Below, one piece after another: positions 55,101-64,000 of a stretch of DNA of 64,000 bases. Below the pieces are notes generated by a model that did not search any database, was not told the origin of the DNA, and saw only the letters and a program-made list of their open reading frames with translations. The position numbers were made by a program, and so were the translations under genes. The stretch comes from a virus (Duplodnaviria; Heunggongvirae; Uroviricota; Caudoviricetes), in IMG/VR virus record IMGVR_UViG_3300031949_000413, positions 41,088 through 105,087 of that record; one strand, given 5' to 3'. How positions within the stretch are numbered: position 1 is the first letter of the stretch; the number at the start of each line of letters is the position of its first letter.

Positions 55101-56318
55101 CTGCCACACCGCAACACCAATACCGATACGAACAACCTGGCGCTCGAAGGTCGCACCAATTTGACTGGCGATCCCGCCTGTCTTGCCCATCGTCTCATTA
55201 GCGCCCTTGAGAGCCGCATCGTATGCCTTTGTCGCCTCACTTAGTTCTTTTGTGGACTTTGGATCGCCCAGTATAAAGCCGCTCTTGGCTTCAGTCGCCC
55301 TATTCCGCAATGCCTCCAAAGAGCCAGCAATGGGCTGATTGGCAATCCTATCCTGTAGGGTAGCCTGTTGCCCCATCAGACGATTATATTCTACGGTTGC
55401 TTGTCCAGTCTGTTGTAACCGCTGTTGTATTAGAGCAAGTCGTTCTTCGAGAGACTTACCCTTTAATGATGCCTGAAATTGAGACTCTGACAAGCGGGAA
55501 ACAGCAGCAGCATACTGATTGGCCTCGGTTGCCCCTTTACTGAAAGCCCGTGCCTCATTATCAATCTCTGTGGTTGTAACAACAGGGCCAGCCTCACCCT
55601 CCGTTTTTCTAGTTTCTGTAACTCGCTGTAGTCCCTCTTTGTTGATAGAGACATTGGTGCGAAATTGTCCCGCTCCACCTATTCCAGACATCACTTGTCT
55701 GTTATATTCCTGTAGAGCGTCTGCCGCAGCCTGCGCTTCTTTGGAGGTAATATCTAGTGATGATCCTAATTCCCGATTGGCCCCCGCCGCCCGCTTAATG
55801 GCGGCAACATCGGACTCAACAGACACTTCGGGGACAGGCTGTTGCAATCTCTGGCCCATTGCTTCTGCACGCAATCGAGCCTGTTCCTTGTAGTATTCCA
55901 TCTCTCCCATTGGAGAAAGACGACCGCTAGGCACATTAGAGGGAGTTATGCTACTGGCTTTTTGTGTTGCTTGTGCTAACTGTTCTTGTGATTGAGCAGC
56001 AGCCCGCGTGGATTGTGTAGCTGCATCTTGCGCTGTCTTTATTTGTGCTAACCTAGTCTGAACGGCAATAAGAGCTTGACTATACTTTTGTATAGATGCT
56101 TCACTGCCATCGACCGCTGCCTTAGCCGCACTAAGCTCTGCACGCAACTCGCCAAGAGACTTAGTGGCTGTAGTTGCATCTCCCGTAGTCTTGATCGGGA
56201 TATTGACACCCTCGGCCTCTAGCCTCTTGCCCTGAGCCTCAATATCCGACAGCTCACGCTTGGCGATTGTGCCGTCAGCATTAACTCGTATGGTGAAGAT
56301 TTCTTCTTGGTCAGCCAT
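52152..56318 (-). CDS. tail tape measure protein
   Basis: 1388 aa. Ala/Gln/Glu-rich, predominantly helical. Located between the chaperone pair and the distal tail genes. Confidence 0.75.
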   Translation of the reverse strand: MADQEEIFTIRVNADGTIAKRELSDIEAQGKRLEAEGVNIPIKTTGDATTATKSLGELRAELSAAKAAVDGSEASIQKYSQALIAVQTRLAQIKTAQDAATQSTRAAAQSQEQLAQATQKASSITPSNVPSGRLSPMGEMEYYKEQARLRAEAMGQRLQQPVPEVSVESDVAAIKRAAGANRELGSSLDITSKEAQAAADALQEYNRQVMSGIGGAGQFRTNVSINKEGLQRVTETRKTEGEAGPVVTTTEIDNEARAFSKGATEANQYAAAVSRLSESQFQASLKGKSLEERLALIQQRLQQTGQATVEYNRLMGQQATLQDRIANQPIAGSLEALRNRATEAKSGFILGDPKSTKELSEATKAYDAALKGANETMGKTGGIASQIGATFERQVVRIGIGVAVWQTLRTAQHEIQETIKAMEQYSVAVARFAAITDQSIGEATQQYNALREAAVQRGIMPSAAASGIVETSRFQKTPGGQQELFGAATKLTEALGLSDVKQAVNALGEAQLATGQSASKMADLVAAGYKRVGGDATTFMNVLPSIKSLSDAMGLSFEKTFAIVVQGAAASGRTVDVVYQAFNRFTDSVDRLKGENIVTFANSLHVLGVDVLDVNKNLKPMGDILSEIGNKWSTFAPDIREKIIDIIGGGAIKGQARDAMRGVFQAAAEGAREGLGDVEGTLNSMNNMIDKTFGKMVDRVKARIEELRQNADTFGAMMNDIGLSVNVFLGSMAGGEKGGRQGAMASEFGVVERQLGDPRAAARKIKADFIASLSGLSREVADKAIDEYNTAWSDLATSMILPGAVGMTKVDRDKFAQQFTIDEATKQSIISNTKDLGTKTGLSFLDGILAGMKQLPSLLKGEVKDAVAGTTATAPTNFITAWKPADNMKSNFRMLAQDMFEQAGETGGAPNLSQLSQFLPTNELDLTKYSQEEINQAKQLSLQISQMEIQAIREQALAMGLTTAEANKVAEAYKQQLDTAVQLVRTQQGMKYEMGQDYANIQKALGKMKEDQSDFQFQRLKNVDPSQFGQLQALTAQYDAFLTKIGSPEKQMNINLLLGDQNVFKTMHARMTALQMALEDLTKVEKAQLSGTWNLPAGATALVPISSLDLQRWNKSEGGGFDAAALAAMLGATNTSGDKVSTAVQMSASQIVAAIKASYTGLGMTAPGQLEMAKMAANMDIMGLIATALTTAGVKLSPTMQERSAIQPQETGIAKFWDMWNKQPLAGGLREQKEEPIVGVSPRRESSVDIKTALAAFFGSISMMPQRLGLTEDKPLTGGQQTALLTQNIGMLAGNISRLSNLGAGGRFWSGGGMGDMGDDITKGMGKSGQTAVTVNVAALPIKATFNANLSVMMNGQVVARTVFPILYQMIVKAFTSQGIKSLQGARR

Positions 56319-56360
56319 AATTTACCAACTTAACATAACCCAGTCCACAGACAGACTAGA

Positions 56361-56813
56361 TCATTGTTGTTCGTTGCGCTTCTTGCGCTTCTCTTTCATA
56401 TCGGCTATCCACTTATCGACACGCTTCTGGTCGTGCCAGAACTCTTTAGGCACTTCTTTGTCATAGCCCTCAACATCATCATCGCCATACATCCCGCTAA
56501 TTTCCTGTATCTGTTCCCAGCGTCGTTCTGAGAACAGCGCATACGTCCATACCCACGGCCATCTCTCAGCCGGTAGGTGACTCGGTGCTACCTGTAGCGT
56601 CTTTGTCCACCCCACCAGCAACCCCCGCAGACTCGCTTTTGGTAATCTCCCACGGGTCAATGGAGTCCATTTCCTTGTAGAGCTTATAGAGCCTATCAAT
56701 GACTGGCATAGGCATCTGGTGAATGTCGTCCACTGTTTTCCAATGTTTCTTGCCGTCCGACTCAATCGAACACCAGACTGTGTAGTACACATCGGAGTCC
56801 TGCGACATGGCAT
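56361..56813 (-). CDS. frameshift extension of the tail assembly chaperone (GT-like, +1 frame)
   Basis: This frame is open across the 3' end of the 57303..56566 ORF (248-nt overlap). It lies +1 relative to the upstream frame and ends just before the tape measure gene. Confidence 0.4.
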   Translation of the reverse strand: MPCRRTPMCTTQSGVRLSRTARNIGKQWTTFTRCLCQSLIGSISSTRKWTPLTRGRLPKASLRGLLVGWTKTLQVAPSHLPAERWPWVWTYALFSERRWEQIQEISGMYGDDDVEGYDKEVPKEFWHDQKRVDKWIADMKEKRKKRNEQQ

Positions 56814-57303
56814 AGGTGAATGATTGAATGGCGCGAGTGTGTAATTCTTTTAGCAATGTCTCACGTGGCAGTTCAGACACCTTTTGCCTGTAGGCATTTA
56901 TGCCGCCCAACACATGCTTGGCTCTATCGGCATACACCTTCAACTCAATCTCGGTTTGCTTCTTGCCAGTATCTATTTCCTCAATGAGTGTGGCCTCATC
57001 TGGTGTCGGCACAAAATCCAACCGATACAGGTCACGCGCCTCGCGCTCCAACTCATACATGCGCCCTTGCGCCATTAGGTCTATCAGCGTCTCTAGCGCA
57101 GTATCCTCTAATGGCAGTATCTTAGTCTTGTATAGGTCTGATTCTGGATTTTTGAGTGCGTCACTAACTCGCGTGGCTTCCGACAAAGCATAATCACGCT
57201 TCGCGTTCATCTCAAAGTCAGAGAGAACACGCTGCGTAACAATCTCACCATTCGGAAGTTCAATATCCCTGTTAGCCCTAAAGAATTCATCCAAACGAAA
57301 CAT
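56566..57303 (-). CDS. tail assembly chaperone (G-like)
   Basis: 245 aa, acidic. Immediately upstream of the tape measure gene, with an overlapping alternative frame. Confidence 0.5.
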   Translation of the reverse strand: MFRLDEFFRANRDIELPNGEIVTQRVLSDFEMNAKRDYALSEATRVSDALKNPESDLYKTKILPLEDTALETLIDLMAQGRMYELEREARDLYRLDFVPTPDEATLIEEIDTGKKQTEIELKVYADRAKHVLGGINAYRQKVSELPRETLLKELHTRAIQSFTYAMSQDSDVYYTVWCSIESDGKKHWKTVDDIHQMPMPVIDRLYKLYKEMDSIDPWEITKSESAGVAGGVDKDATGSTESPTG

Positions 57304-57332
57304 AGTCCACTATCTCCTTTGTGGGATTCCTG

Positions 57333-57367
57333 TCCGTCACCCTTCTGACGGTTTACCATTGAGAGGA
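57333..57367 (-). other. strong stem-loop between the major tail and chaperone genes
   Basis: GGGGCGGACA ... TGTCCGCCCC. 10-bp perfect stem. Confidence 0.4.
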
Positions 57368-57421
57368 GGGGCGGACATGGCATATCCTCATGTGTCCGCC
57401 CCTTTAGGTTGTAGTTACTGA

Positions 57422-58441
57422 CTAGCTGGCAATCTCAGTCTTGCTGACAATGACACCACCCGAATTGGCTGTGGTTACTGAGACGTTGGTCATCGAGTAT
57501 CGCGCTGTCGTTAGACTGCGTACACGTCCTTGCAATGGCGTTGCTGTGGTCGGGCGCATATTCTCCAGGTGCCACGACTTGATAACGCTCGCGCCTTCTG
57601 CCAATGCTGGATCGTACAGGTTAATGTACACATCAACGTCCTGTGGCTGGCTCAACACCAGGCTCGTGCCATTATCGTTCGAGACTGGGAAGAACACATC
57701 TGCTGGCTGGTAGTCACCCGGATTCAAGTCGAAGTCAGCCGTGACATTCGGTGTGTCTACCAACTGTCCGACAATCTGACGATTGCCCAACTCGCGCACA
57801 GTCTGTACTGGGAATTGCACACGAATCGTGAATGACTGCAAACGATACGCCTTGTTGCCAGCAATGTTGCTACTGCCGAAGGCCACTCGCGCATCCTTGC
57901 CGTGAACTGCGCCCGGCGTCAGGTTATCGAAGCCGCCCCATGATGGGTGTGGGAATGGCGCAGTCGTGTGCCATGAACCACTCGTGCCTTCCAGTGTGGC
58001 CTGAAAAGAACAAGCGCCGTTCATCACGAACCGATATTGCAACTCGGATACGCGCAGGTTGCCCAGTGCTAACTCCGATGTGACGGTATCAGCATCATTC
58101 CTGATCGGTACGTACAGCGTGTTTAACTGCGTTGGCATATTGCCTGCCCAAAAACCACTGCCCGTTGTCGGATTGACACCCGCCAGTGTCATATCCAATG
58201 TGCTGTCGTGCAGGTTCTCTTCAACTACCGCCCTGAAGGTGGTGGGATCAAGCGTATTACCGGCTTTGTCTACGCTACCAATTTGAAAGTAGTCGGTACT
58301 GTTACTTGTGCCGGTAGGCTCTAGGCTCTGGACGCGCTGTAGGAACAAGTCGGTCGCAGACCCAGACGAAAGTGTGCTGTTGCGCACCCAGCCTGAAAGC
58401 CTGTGCGAAAGTAAACCGCTTATCGAAGGTGAAGTTGACAT
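57422..58441 (-). CDS. major tail protein
   Basis: 339 aa, Ser/Thr-rich. Directly upstream of the chaperone and tape measure genes. Confidence 0.5.
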   Translation of the reverse strand: MSTSPSISGLLSHRLSGWVRNSTLSSGSATDLFLQRVQSLEPTGTSNSTDYFQIGSVDKAGNTLDPTTFRAVVEENLHDSTLDMTLAGVNPTTGSGFWAGNMPTQLNTLYVPIRNDADTVTSELALGNLRVSELQYRFVMNGACSFQATLEGTSGSWHTTAPFPHPSWGGFDNLTPGAVHGKDARVAFGSSNIAGNKAYRLQSFTIRVQFPVQTVRELGNRQIVGQLVDTPNVTADFDLNPGDYQPADVFFPVSNDNGTSLVLSQPQDVDVYINLYDPALAEGASVIKSWHLENMRPTTATPLQGRVRSLTTARYSMTNVSVTTANSGGVIVSKTEIAS

Positions 58442-58507
58442 AATGCTATATCTCCTTATTGATTTCTAGGCCAATGTGATGTATAATACCCACATGGAGG
58501 CACTATC

Positions 58508-59422
58508 GTGACAGAAGTCCTAGAAACCAGTCTCAAATTCAAGGGCAACAAATTCTCGAAAACATACGGCGGAATGTCCGTATCGTTGTGCATGGCATAT
58601 TGCCTGAGTAATGGATACACCGTCAGCTATCCTCTATTCGATGATGCACGATATGATCTGATTGCTGACATTGATAATAGTCTAAAGAGAATCCAGTGCA
58701 AAACAGCTATGGTGTTCTCATACAAGCAGATCAGGTATCCCAGAATCAAGCTACATCATGGCTCCCAGTCGTCATACGGTCGATCTGATTTCGATCTACT
58801 ATGGGTTATCACACAACAACATGCCTACTTGATCCCAATAGACAAAATTCCAACTGTTGACGATCAACTGGTAGAAATAGTCTTATCGCCAAAGTTTAAT
58901 ACCTATATAGTCGATATGCCATTTCTGACAGGTCAAGACCCCAAACGAACTCTCGAAACAATGAACCTTACCGATAAAGAGCGTGCTAGAATAGCCTCTC
59001 TGTTCAGACTTGGTGATACCTCTGAAGATATAGCCATGACAATGGGACTCAAACATTCTCAAGTTAGTGGCTATCTAGCCAGCGCAAAGATTGTCAAAGA
59101 GCATTTTGTGACTGATGATATAAAGTCCAAAATTGTCGAACTGTATAAATCCGGGATAGAGGTCAAGAAAATATCCCATCAAGTCAATTTCTCAAGAGCA
59201 TTAGTCACCCAAGTCATAACCGATTCTGGCACAGAACTTAGGAGAAAAACTGCTATACATCCAGAATGGAAACAGACCATTGTCGAAATGTATGTTAAAG
59301 GTCAGAAACCACAAGAAATAGCAAAATACTTCGGAATAAGACGCCCTAATGCTATCTCGGCATTTCTCAATAAGCACAAGTGGCTCATAGACGAGACTCG
59401 CCAAAAACTAGGTCTTACATAG
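58508..59422 (+). CDS. homing-endonuclease-like protein: N-terminal nuclease-like domain plus three C-terminal helix-turn-helix repeats
   Basis: Only + strand gene inside the - strand structural operon. N-terminus YDLIADID ... KRIQCK ... SDFDLLWVI (PD-(D/E)xK-like). C-terminus has three sigma-r4-like HTH units (DIAMTMGLKHSQVSGYL, KISHQVNFSRALVTQVI, EIAKYFGIRRPNAISAFL). Confidence 0.4.
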   Translation: MTEVLETSLKFKGNKFSKTYGGMSVSLCMAYCLSNGYTVSYPLFDDARYDLIADIDNSLKRIQCKTAMVFSYKQIRYPRIKLHHGSQSSYGRSDFDLLWVITQQHAYLIPIDKIPTVDDQLVEIVLSPKFNTYIVDMPFLTGQDPKRTLETMNLTDKERARIASLFRLGDTSEDIAMTMGLKHSQVSGYLASAKIVKEHFVTDDIKSKIVELYKSGIEVKKISHQVNFSRALVTQVITDSGTELRRKTAIHPEWKQTIVEMYVKGQKPQEIAKYFGIRRPNAISAFLNKHKWLIDETRQKLGLT

Positions 59423-59995
59423 CAACGTAATGTAGATACACGTTGCGCCGTACAGGGCACGGCTGCTCTCAATTCGTTCCAGCAATTCCGTGTCACTACC
59501 AATTCGTTCCAGCGACAATCGATCCGTAAAGATGTCTTGCACTACAATTGGCACTTGCACAGTCGCTACTTCTATTTCCGTTCCGGGCGTATTGGCCGAT
59601 GAGTAAATCTTGATGCTTAACCCACTGCCAAAATAGTCTGCAATAAACGCGCCGATGTCATCGCGCTCGCCTCGACTCCTGCCGAAAACATTGATCATTA
59701 AATCGACATTGCGCCCCATCCGGTCGCCCATCTGATATGGCCCAACTTCATAGCGCGACACCTCAATGACAATGTGTGGCTGCTGCTGGTCAACACGTTG
59801 TGCCACAGGCGGTATAAACGAATCCAATAAGTAAATGTACGGAAACGTCGGCGTGAATGTCCCTAACTGCACTGCCCTGAATTGTGCCTCGGTGTACACA
59901 TTGAATGCCGATAGGTTAGTATTGGCATCCGGTGCAATAAACATATCACTTAGCCGGTCACGTACCGACAGCCTGATCTCACGGTGCTTCAGCAA
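59408..59995 (-). CDS. head-tail joining / tail terminator-like protein (hypothetical)
   Basis: 195 aa. Assigned by position between head-completion genes and the major tail gene. Confidence 0.35.
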   Translation of the reverse strand: MLKHREIRLSVRDRLSDMFIAPDANTNLSAFNVYTEAQFRAVQLGTFTPTFPYIYLLDSFIPPVAQRVDQQQPHIVIEVSRYEVGPYQMGDRMGRNVDLMINVFGRSRGERDDIGAFIADYFGSGLSIKIYSSANTPGTEIEVATVQVPIVVQDIFTDRLSLERIGSDTELLERIESSRALYGATCIYITLLCKT

Positions 59996-60506
59996 GATAA
60001 TCCCCTATAATTCTGTCTGAATTAGCCCTAAATTCATCTAGTGATTTCTCAATGAAGTGTGTAGCCGTAATGCCTGCTTTGGCGTTGCCATAGTTCTGCA
60101 CCCATATATAATTGGCATAGCCTTCGCCCCTGCCGCCAAACTTGCCAGCACGACGCTCTGCTGCCAATTTCTGTTTTAGCTCTCCGGGCAATCCCCACCA
60201 ATTCGACGGTCTAACTTTTACGCCAGACTGCTTCAAATAAGTAAAAAAATCGCGCAGTGTTCCACTTGGCGCTGGATCGTCTTTGTCACCCGTTCTAGAC
60301 TTGTCACCAACACCAATTGACCAACCCGTTGATGTTCTTTCTGGTTCACCGACATACGTTAAAGCGCGTTCTGCTGCACCTGTATCAATCGGCGTATTCT
60401 TGAGCAAGCTATTAGCTAATGAATAGCCAAGTTGCATCACCAAGCCGGGCGAATTAAACTTGACTTCTATGCTCTGGATGAATCCGGCGAGACTGCCCGT
60501 TGCCAT
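59979..60506 (-). CDS. head-tail adaptor-like protein (hypothetical)
   Basis: 175 aa. Assigned by position. Confidence 0.35.
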   Translation of the reverse strand: MATGSLAGFIQSIEVKFNSPGLVMQLGYSLANSLLKNTPIDTGAAERALTYVGEPERTSTGWSIGVGDKSRTGDKDDPAPSGTLRDFFTYLKQSGVKVRPSNWWGLPGELKQKLAAERRAGKFGGRGEGYANYIWVQNYGNAKAGITATHFIEKSLDEFRANSDRIIGDYLAEAP

Positions 60507-60816
60507 CTGGTACTACTCCTGCTGCTGGACTGATATAGGCATCTATACCCGCCGCCCTGAATCTGTTACTCGCAAACCGCCGCAGAGTGTTCATAATCTC
60601 TAAGACGTTCACCCGCATTGGCTCATGGCCCACACTTGACTTGTACACATCATTAGCCGTCAGAAGTTGTTTCATACAGGCATACACTTTTAAGTCTACA
60701 TCCAATATCGCGCCTGCCTGCTGTTTGATAACACTCTCGGCCAATTCCAATTTCTGTAATGCCTGCTCCAGCCTCGCCTGCAATAGCCTATTATCCTGCA
60801 CCGTCGTGTCAATCAT
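60454..60816 (-). CDS. hypothetical head-completion protein
   Basis: 120 aa. Confidence 0.3.
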   Translation of the reverse strand: MIDTTVQDNRLLQARLEQALQKLELAESVIKQQAGAILDVDLKVYACMKQLLTANDVYKSSVGHEPMRVNVLEIMNTLRRFASNRFRAAGIDAYISPAAGVVPDGNGQSRRIHPEHRSQV

Positions 60817-60818
60817 AC

Positions 60819-61292
60819 CTATAGCCCCGTTGCCCTAAAATTAGGGCTGAATTTCTTGCAATGCGCCGTCACATCGAATACGCGCCCTACCCCATTCAAT
60901 GTCAGGTTGTTCATCCTGAGCGTTATTCCATCACAAAACACGTACCCTTCACCATGTCCACTCTTATAGACTTGCTCAAGTGTAGCTCTATCTCTATCAG
61001 AAAAGTACATCAGATAGTCACCCACTTCCAGTCCGGCCACGGCTGGCCCTAGTCCCATTAAAGTAGTGTCCTGAATAATCTTGATGCGCGCTTTCGTCCT
61101 GTAGACCGTGTAAGTCGGGTCAACATATTCGGTTTGTGACTTACTGATGTCATACGGTGAATCCGTGAACGGCTCGTAATTGGAGCCGGAATTCACCGTC
61201 ACATTCACCAAGTACACTTCCCGATAGTCGTTCCGGGTGGCGTGGGCATCCTCCCGTATGTTTAGCAAGTCGTGTATATCGAGCATTGACAT
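60819..61292 (-). CDS. hypothetical head-tail connector protein
   Basis: 157 aa. Confidence 0.35.
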   Translation of the reverse strand: MSMLDIHDLLNIREDAHATRNDYREVYLVNVTVNSGSNYEPFTDSPYDISKSQTEYVDPTYTVYRTKARIKIIQDTTLMGLGPAVAGLEVGDYLMYFSDRDRATLEQVYKSGHGEGYVFCDGITLRMNNLTLNGVGRVFDVTAHCKKFSPNFRATGL

Positions 61293-61297
61293 TCATA

Positions 61298-62119
61298 TCA
61301 CCACGTCGTTCCCCGATAAGGCGTTGTGCCTGTCCAGTCCTCAGCCGCCGCTACCTTCTGCCAGAACCGATGCGCTACAAACTCTCTTGTCATCTGTGGG
61401 GCTATCGCTCCACCATACAGCCCGTCACCCAGCTGTTCGACCTGCGCCTGCTCTAAAACCTTCTTTAAGGTGTCCCACAAAGAGTCGTAGGCTATCTTTA
61501 GGTTTCTAACCGTCATCGACTTGTCGATAGACAGCCCTTGCGCCTCTTTCCAGATGAAGTCCGATAGAGCATGTTCGCCCATCAGAGTGCGATAGAAGGC
61601 TAGTTGCACGCACTTGGCATACAGGTTCAACTGATTGCGCGATGTGCTGAAGTATACCGATCCAATAACCGGATCACTGCCACTGGTATCTACCACATAC
61701 GCTGTAGCCGAACTCTCGGTAATGGGTACAATTGATCCAACCGTTGTAGATAGCGAGTAGCCTCTAAACCACAGCCCTTCCATCTCATCAAAGCCCGCTA
61801 CCAAGAGCGAGCGTACTGTCAGGTCTGAATACTTGGCCGTTGAATAGCTGGCTACTGGCTGAACACTCGGCGCAGTATTAAAGTAGAGAGCGCCAAAGTC
61901 AGAATCTACAGTGTATGCGCTACTTGCTAGTGGCGCACTACCAGTGGTATATACTCCCATTGACCCGCTGGATAGTATCGGCGGATAGTTGGCATAGAAT
62001 ATTGTATTGACACTATCCACCACACCCGACAACGGATCACGCGCCACGTACCGTTTGTTAAACAGACGGGCAACCCGATCTACCAATGTTATCCCGTCTG
62101 TCCACAATTCAAAGGCCAT
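61298..62119 (-). CDS. hypothetical structural protein
   Basis: 273 aa. ATGA-coupled with the upstream gene. Confidence 0.4.
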   Translation of the reverse strand: MAFELWTDGITLVDRVARLFNKRYVARDPLSGVVDSVNTIFYANYPPILSSGSMGVYTTGSAPLASSAYTVDSDFGALYFNTAPSVQPVASYSTAKYSDLTVRSLLVAGFDEMEGLWFRGYSLSTTVGSIVPITESSATAYVVDTSGSDPVIGSVYFSTSRNQLNLYAKCVQLAFYRTLMGEHALSDFIWKEAQGLSIDKSMTVRNLKIAYDSLWDTLKKVLEQAQVEQLGDGLYGGAIAPQMTREFVAHRFWQKVAAAEDWTGTTPYRGTTW

Positions 62120-62778
62120 TAGGTCGCCTTCCGCCGATTGCGCCGACTTGTTGACTTGAATGCTTTCTTTTCGGCAATGTCGTCCAGCCGATTGTCAATG
62201 TCTCGGATCAAGTCTTTGCGATTGCCTAGTCGTTCCTCGTAAAAGCGAGCCGCTTGTAGAAGTGGCACAAGCTCGTCACGCTGGAACTCGACCTGCTCTT
62301 GACTGTCATCAGTCGTGTCCATCAACTTCATATTGATGAGCGCATGGATCGCCATAGCGGGGCTACCTGGACGACCAGTAGTGGAATATGGCTGAGTTGC
62401 AATCCACCACGCTTTCTGCTTGCGCCCAAGATTCAGCCGCTTATCCAGATCGTCCGGTAATATCTTCTGATTAGCAGTGCTCGGTACAGTATCTACCTTG
62501 TCCACAAAGATACCCGGATTGTTCTGATACACAACGGCGAATCGCCCCTCGTCCAGCCAGTAGGACGGAATAACCAGCCATTCCCATGCCCTGATTAACA
62601 AGTCTTTAGGCTGATACCCGAACGGTAGGCCCATTTCAAACGGGTCGGGAGCGGGAATGCCCACGCTCCCGACCTCGTAACCACGATAACTTGCCACGAC
62701 ATACTTCCCGGACTTCACCTTGATTTCTTCCAGTGTGGGGCGCGTATCCTTTACCGCCCCCTGTTTACCCTTTGCCAT
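62119..62778 (-). CDS. hypothetical structural protein
   Basis: ATG at 62778 after AAAAGGAGCAATACG. ORF-track start is 62799. Confidence 0.4.
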   Translation of the reverse strand: MAKGKQGAVKDTRPTLEEIKVKSGKYVVASYRGYEVGSVGIPAPDPFEMGLPFGYQPKDLLIRAWEWLVIPSYWLDEGRFAVVYQNNPGIFVDKVDTVPSTANQKILPDDLDKRLNLGRKQKAWWIATQPYSTTGRPGSPAMAIHALINMKLMDTTDDSQEQVEFQRDELVPLLQAARFYEERLGNRKDLIRDIDNRLDDIAEKKAFKSTSRRNRRKAT

Positions 62779-62921
62779 CGTATTGCTCCTTTTGCCCATC
62801 TTCCCAAATGTTTGGGTTGACGCTTCATCGACTTGCTAAACAGTCCATAGGACTGCTGAACTCAAATCTCCACGTCCGTTTAGACTCTCCGTGCGATTCA
62901 CGGCGAGTTTCAACAGATACA

Positions 62922-63896
62922 CTAGCTAATATCAACACGCCACAGTGCAACACCCGAACCCACATACCAGCTATGCTCGGCATCGCGGAAGGCGTAATCG
63001 TCTTCACCTTGAATGATGTCAACATAGGTGTCATTGCGCGGGCTGCCCTTGCGCTGATGCCAGCCAACCTGGGTTGGATCACCAGCAAAGTAAACCTGGT
63101 CGATTGGGACATACGGATGCGAGTACCAGTTGATACCGCCGTATTGTCCATAGAACAAGTTGTCCACCAATGTGTCGGCCAACTTGAACGAGATCGTCGG
63201 CATTGTCCACGTCCAGCTCTGCATTTCCATCAAGACACCGGGGTTGATCACGGCCATCTTGACTGGGAAACCGATAGCATTACTAGAGCGCAGAATGCTG
63301 TCCACCGTGCTCTTTGTCAACACACCCGTCACGGAGTAGATGTGATTGGTAGGAATGCCAGCATCCAACACAACCTTTGCCGCAGCATCACGCTTGCGAG
63401 CCAGTTCCCATGCCACATAGTTCATCTGGCGGGCCAGGATGTTCCAACCAGCCTTGCGAAGCGTCGGCCATGCAATCTTGAAGCCCGTCTGGAAAGTCGT
63501 GAACGTTGGGCGCGTGAACCGATAGCCCGGCTCGTTGAACAGAATCTCAGCACGTGCCGAACTGGTATAGGCAACATTGGTCAGGTCTTCAACCCCGATC
63601 AAGTTGTCTTCGAGCTCTCCGATTGTTTGCTGCATGAATAAGCGGTCGTACTGTTCCATGTACGGAACGATTTGCAGGATAGGCTCAGCAATTGCCGCAC
63701 CGAACTGTTGACGATCCGCCATTACGTCTGGCGAACCACTAGCCAGCGAAGCCAACAGTGCATCAACCTCACTGGTCACATCATTGCCATCCAGTACCGG
63801 ATTGCCATACAACACACTCTCGCGTGAAGCCGTCAGTGCATTACTACCGGCTTGTGGCTGATACTTATACTTGAGTTCACTCAGTTTGGTAGCCAT
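62922..63896 (-). CDS. major capsid protein (putative)
   Basis: 324 aa. Sits just downstream of a gene ending in TAATG, ahead of the head-tail genes. Composition fits an HK97-fold capsid protein. Confidence 0.45.
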   Translation of the reverse strand: MATKLSELKYKYQPQAGSNALTASRESVLYGNPVLDGNDVTSEVDALLASLASGSPDVMADRQQFGAAIAEPILQIVPYMEQYDRLFMQQTIGELEDNLIGVEDLTNVAYTSSARAEILFNEPGYRFTRPTFTTFQTGFKIAWPTLRKAGWNILARQMNYVAWELARKRDAAAKVVLDAGIPTNHIYSVTGVLTKSTVDSILRSSNAIGFPVKMAVINPGVLMEMQSWTWTMPTISFKLADTLVDNLFYGQYGGINWYSHPYVPIDQVYFAGDPTQVGWHQRKGSPRNDTYVDIIQGEDDYAFRDAEHSWYVGSGVALWRVDIS

Positions 63897-64000
63897 TAGA
63901 ATGTACCTCCGAAGTCGAACTCAATCACGGCCACATTAACGCTAGAGCCTGTGCCGCCTGTGCCATCGTAGAAACTCTTGACATCAATCAGACGACCGAT
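63896..64000 (-). CDS. 3' end of the gene upstream of the capsid gene (scaffold/decoration?), partial
   Basis: Reverse complement reads ... IGRLIDVKSFYDGTGGTGSSVNVAVIEFDFGGTF*. Stop overlaps the capsid ATG (TAATG). Confidence 0.35.
   Translation of the reverse strand: MGRLIDVKSFYDGTGGTGSSVNVAVIEFDFGGTF

Noticed and set aside
1-64000. CRISPR array, reverse transcriptase / DGR, retron
   Set aside because: No regularly spaced direct repeats of 25-40 bp separated by unique spacers are visible. No RT motifs (YxDD) occur in any long ORF. The only periodic repeats are the protein-level ones in the tail fibre gene.

Overview
The window looks like part of a large tailed dsDNA phage genome, probably temperate. 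Positions 1-33,170 carry dozens of small early genes plus DNA metabolism genes, all on the + strand. These include an HAD phosphatase, two HNH endonucleases (the second at 36.8 kb), a short beta-clamp-like protein, RuvB, a J-domain protein, a vWA + FGE-sulfatase-domain pair, a DnaB-like ATPase, a Rad52-like annealing protein, a LexA-like HTH protein, an IMPDH/GMP-reductase-like enzyme and an SPFH lipoprotein. Positions 33,171-36,735 hold a dense island of about 32 + strand tRNA genes with anticodons for all 20 amino acids. Several of these have non-canonical loops. The island ends with an HNH endonuclease. Positions 37.7-64 kb are the late module on the - strand. It starts with a lysis cassette (C39-like peptidase, holin-like protein, a GH25 muramidase fused to a GH5-like domain, and a secreted lipoprotein GH5-like hydrolase). 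It continues with a metallophosphoesterase, membrane proteins, a + strand tyrosine integrase with a consensus promoter and operator, a repeat-rich tail fibre, baseplate proteins, the tape measure protein, a frameshifted chaperone pair, the major tail protein, head-tail genes and the major capsid protein. Recurrent non-coding signals include a conserved ~28-bp intergenic motif in at least 8 copies, a repeated promoter-associated box, repeated structured 5' leaders, and a 1.3-kb A/C-rich ORF-free region. All calls come from reading the sequence and recalled family motifs. No searches were run.
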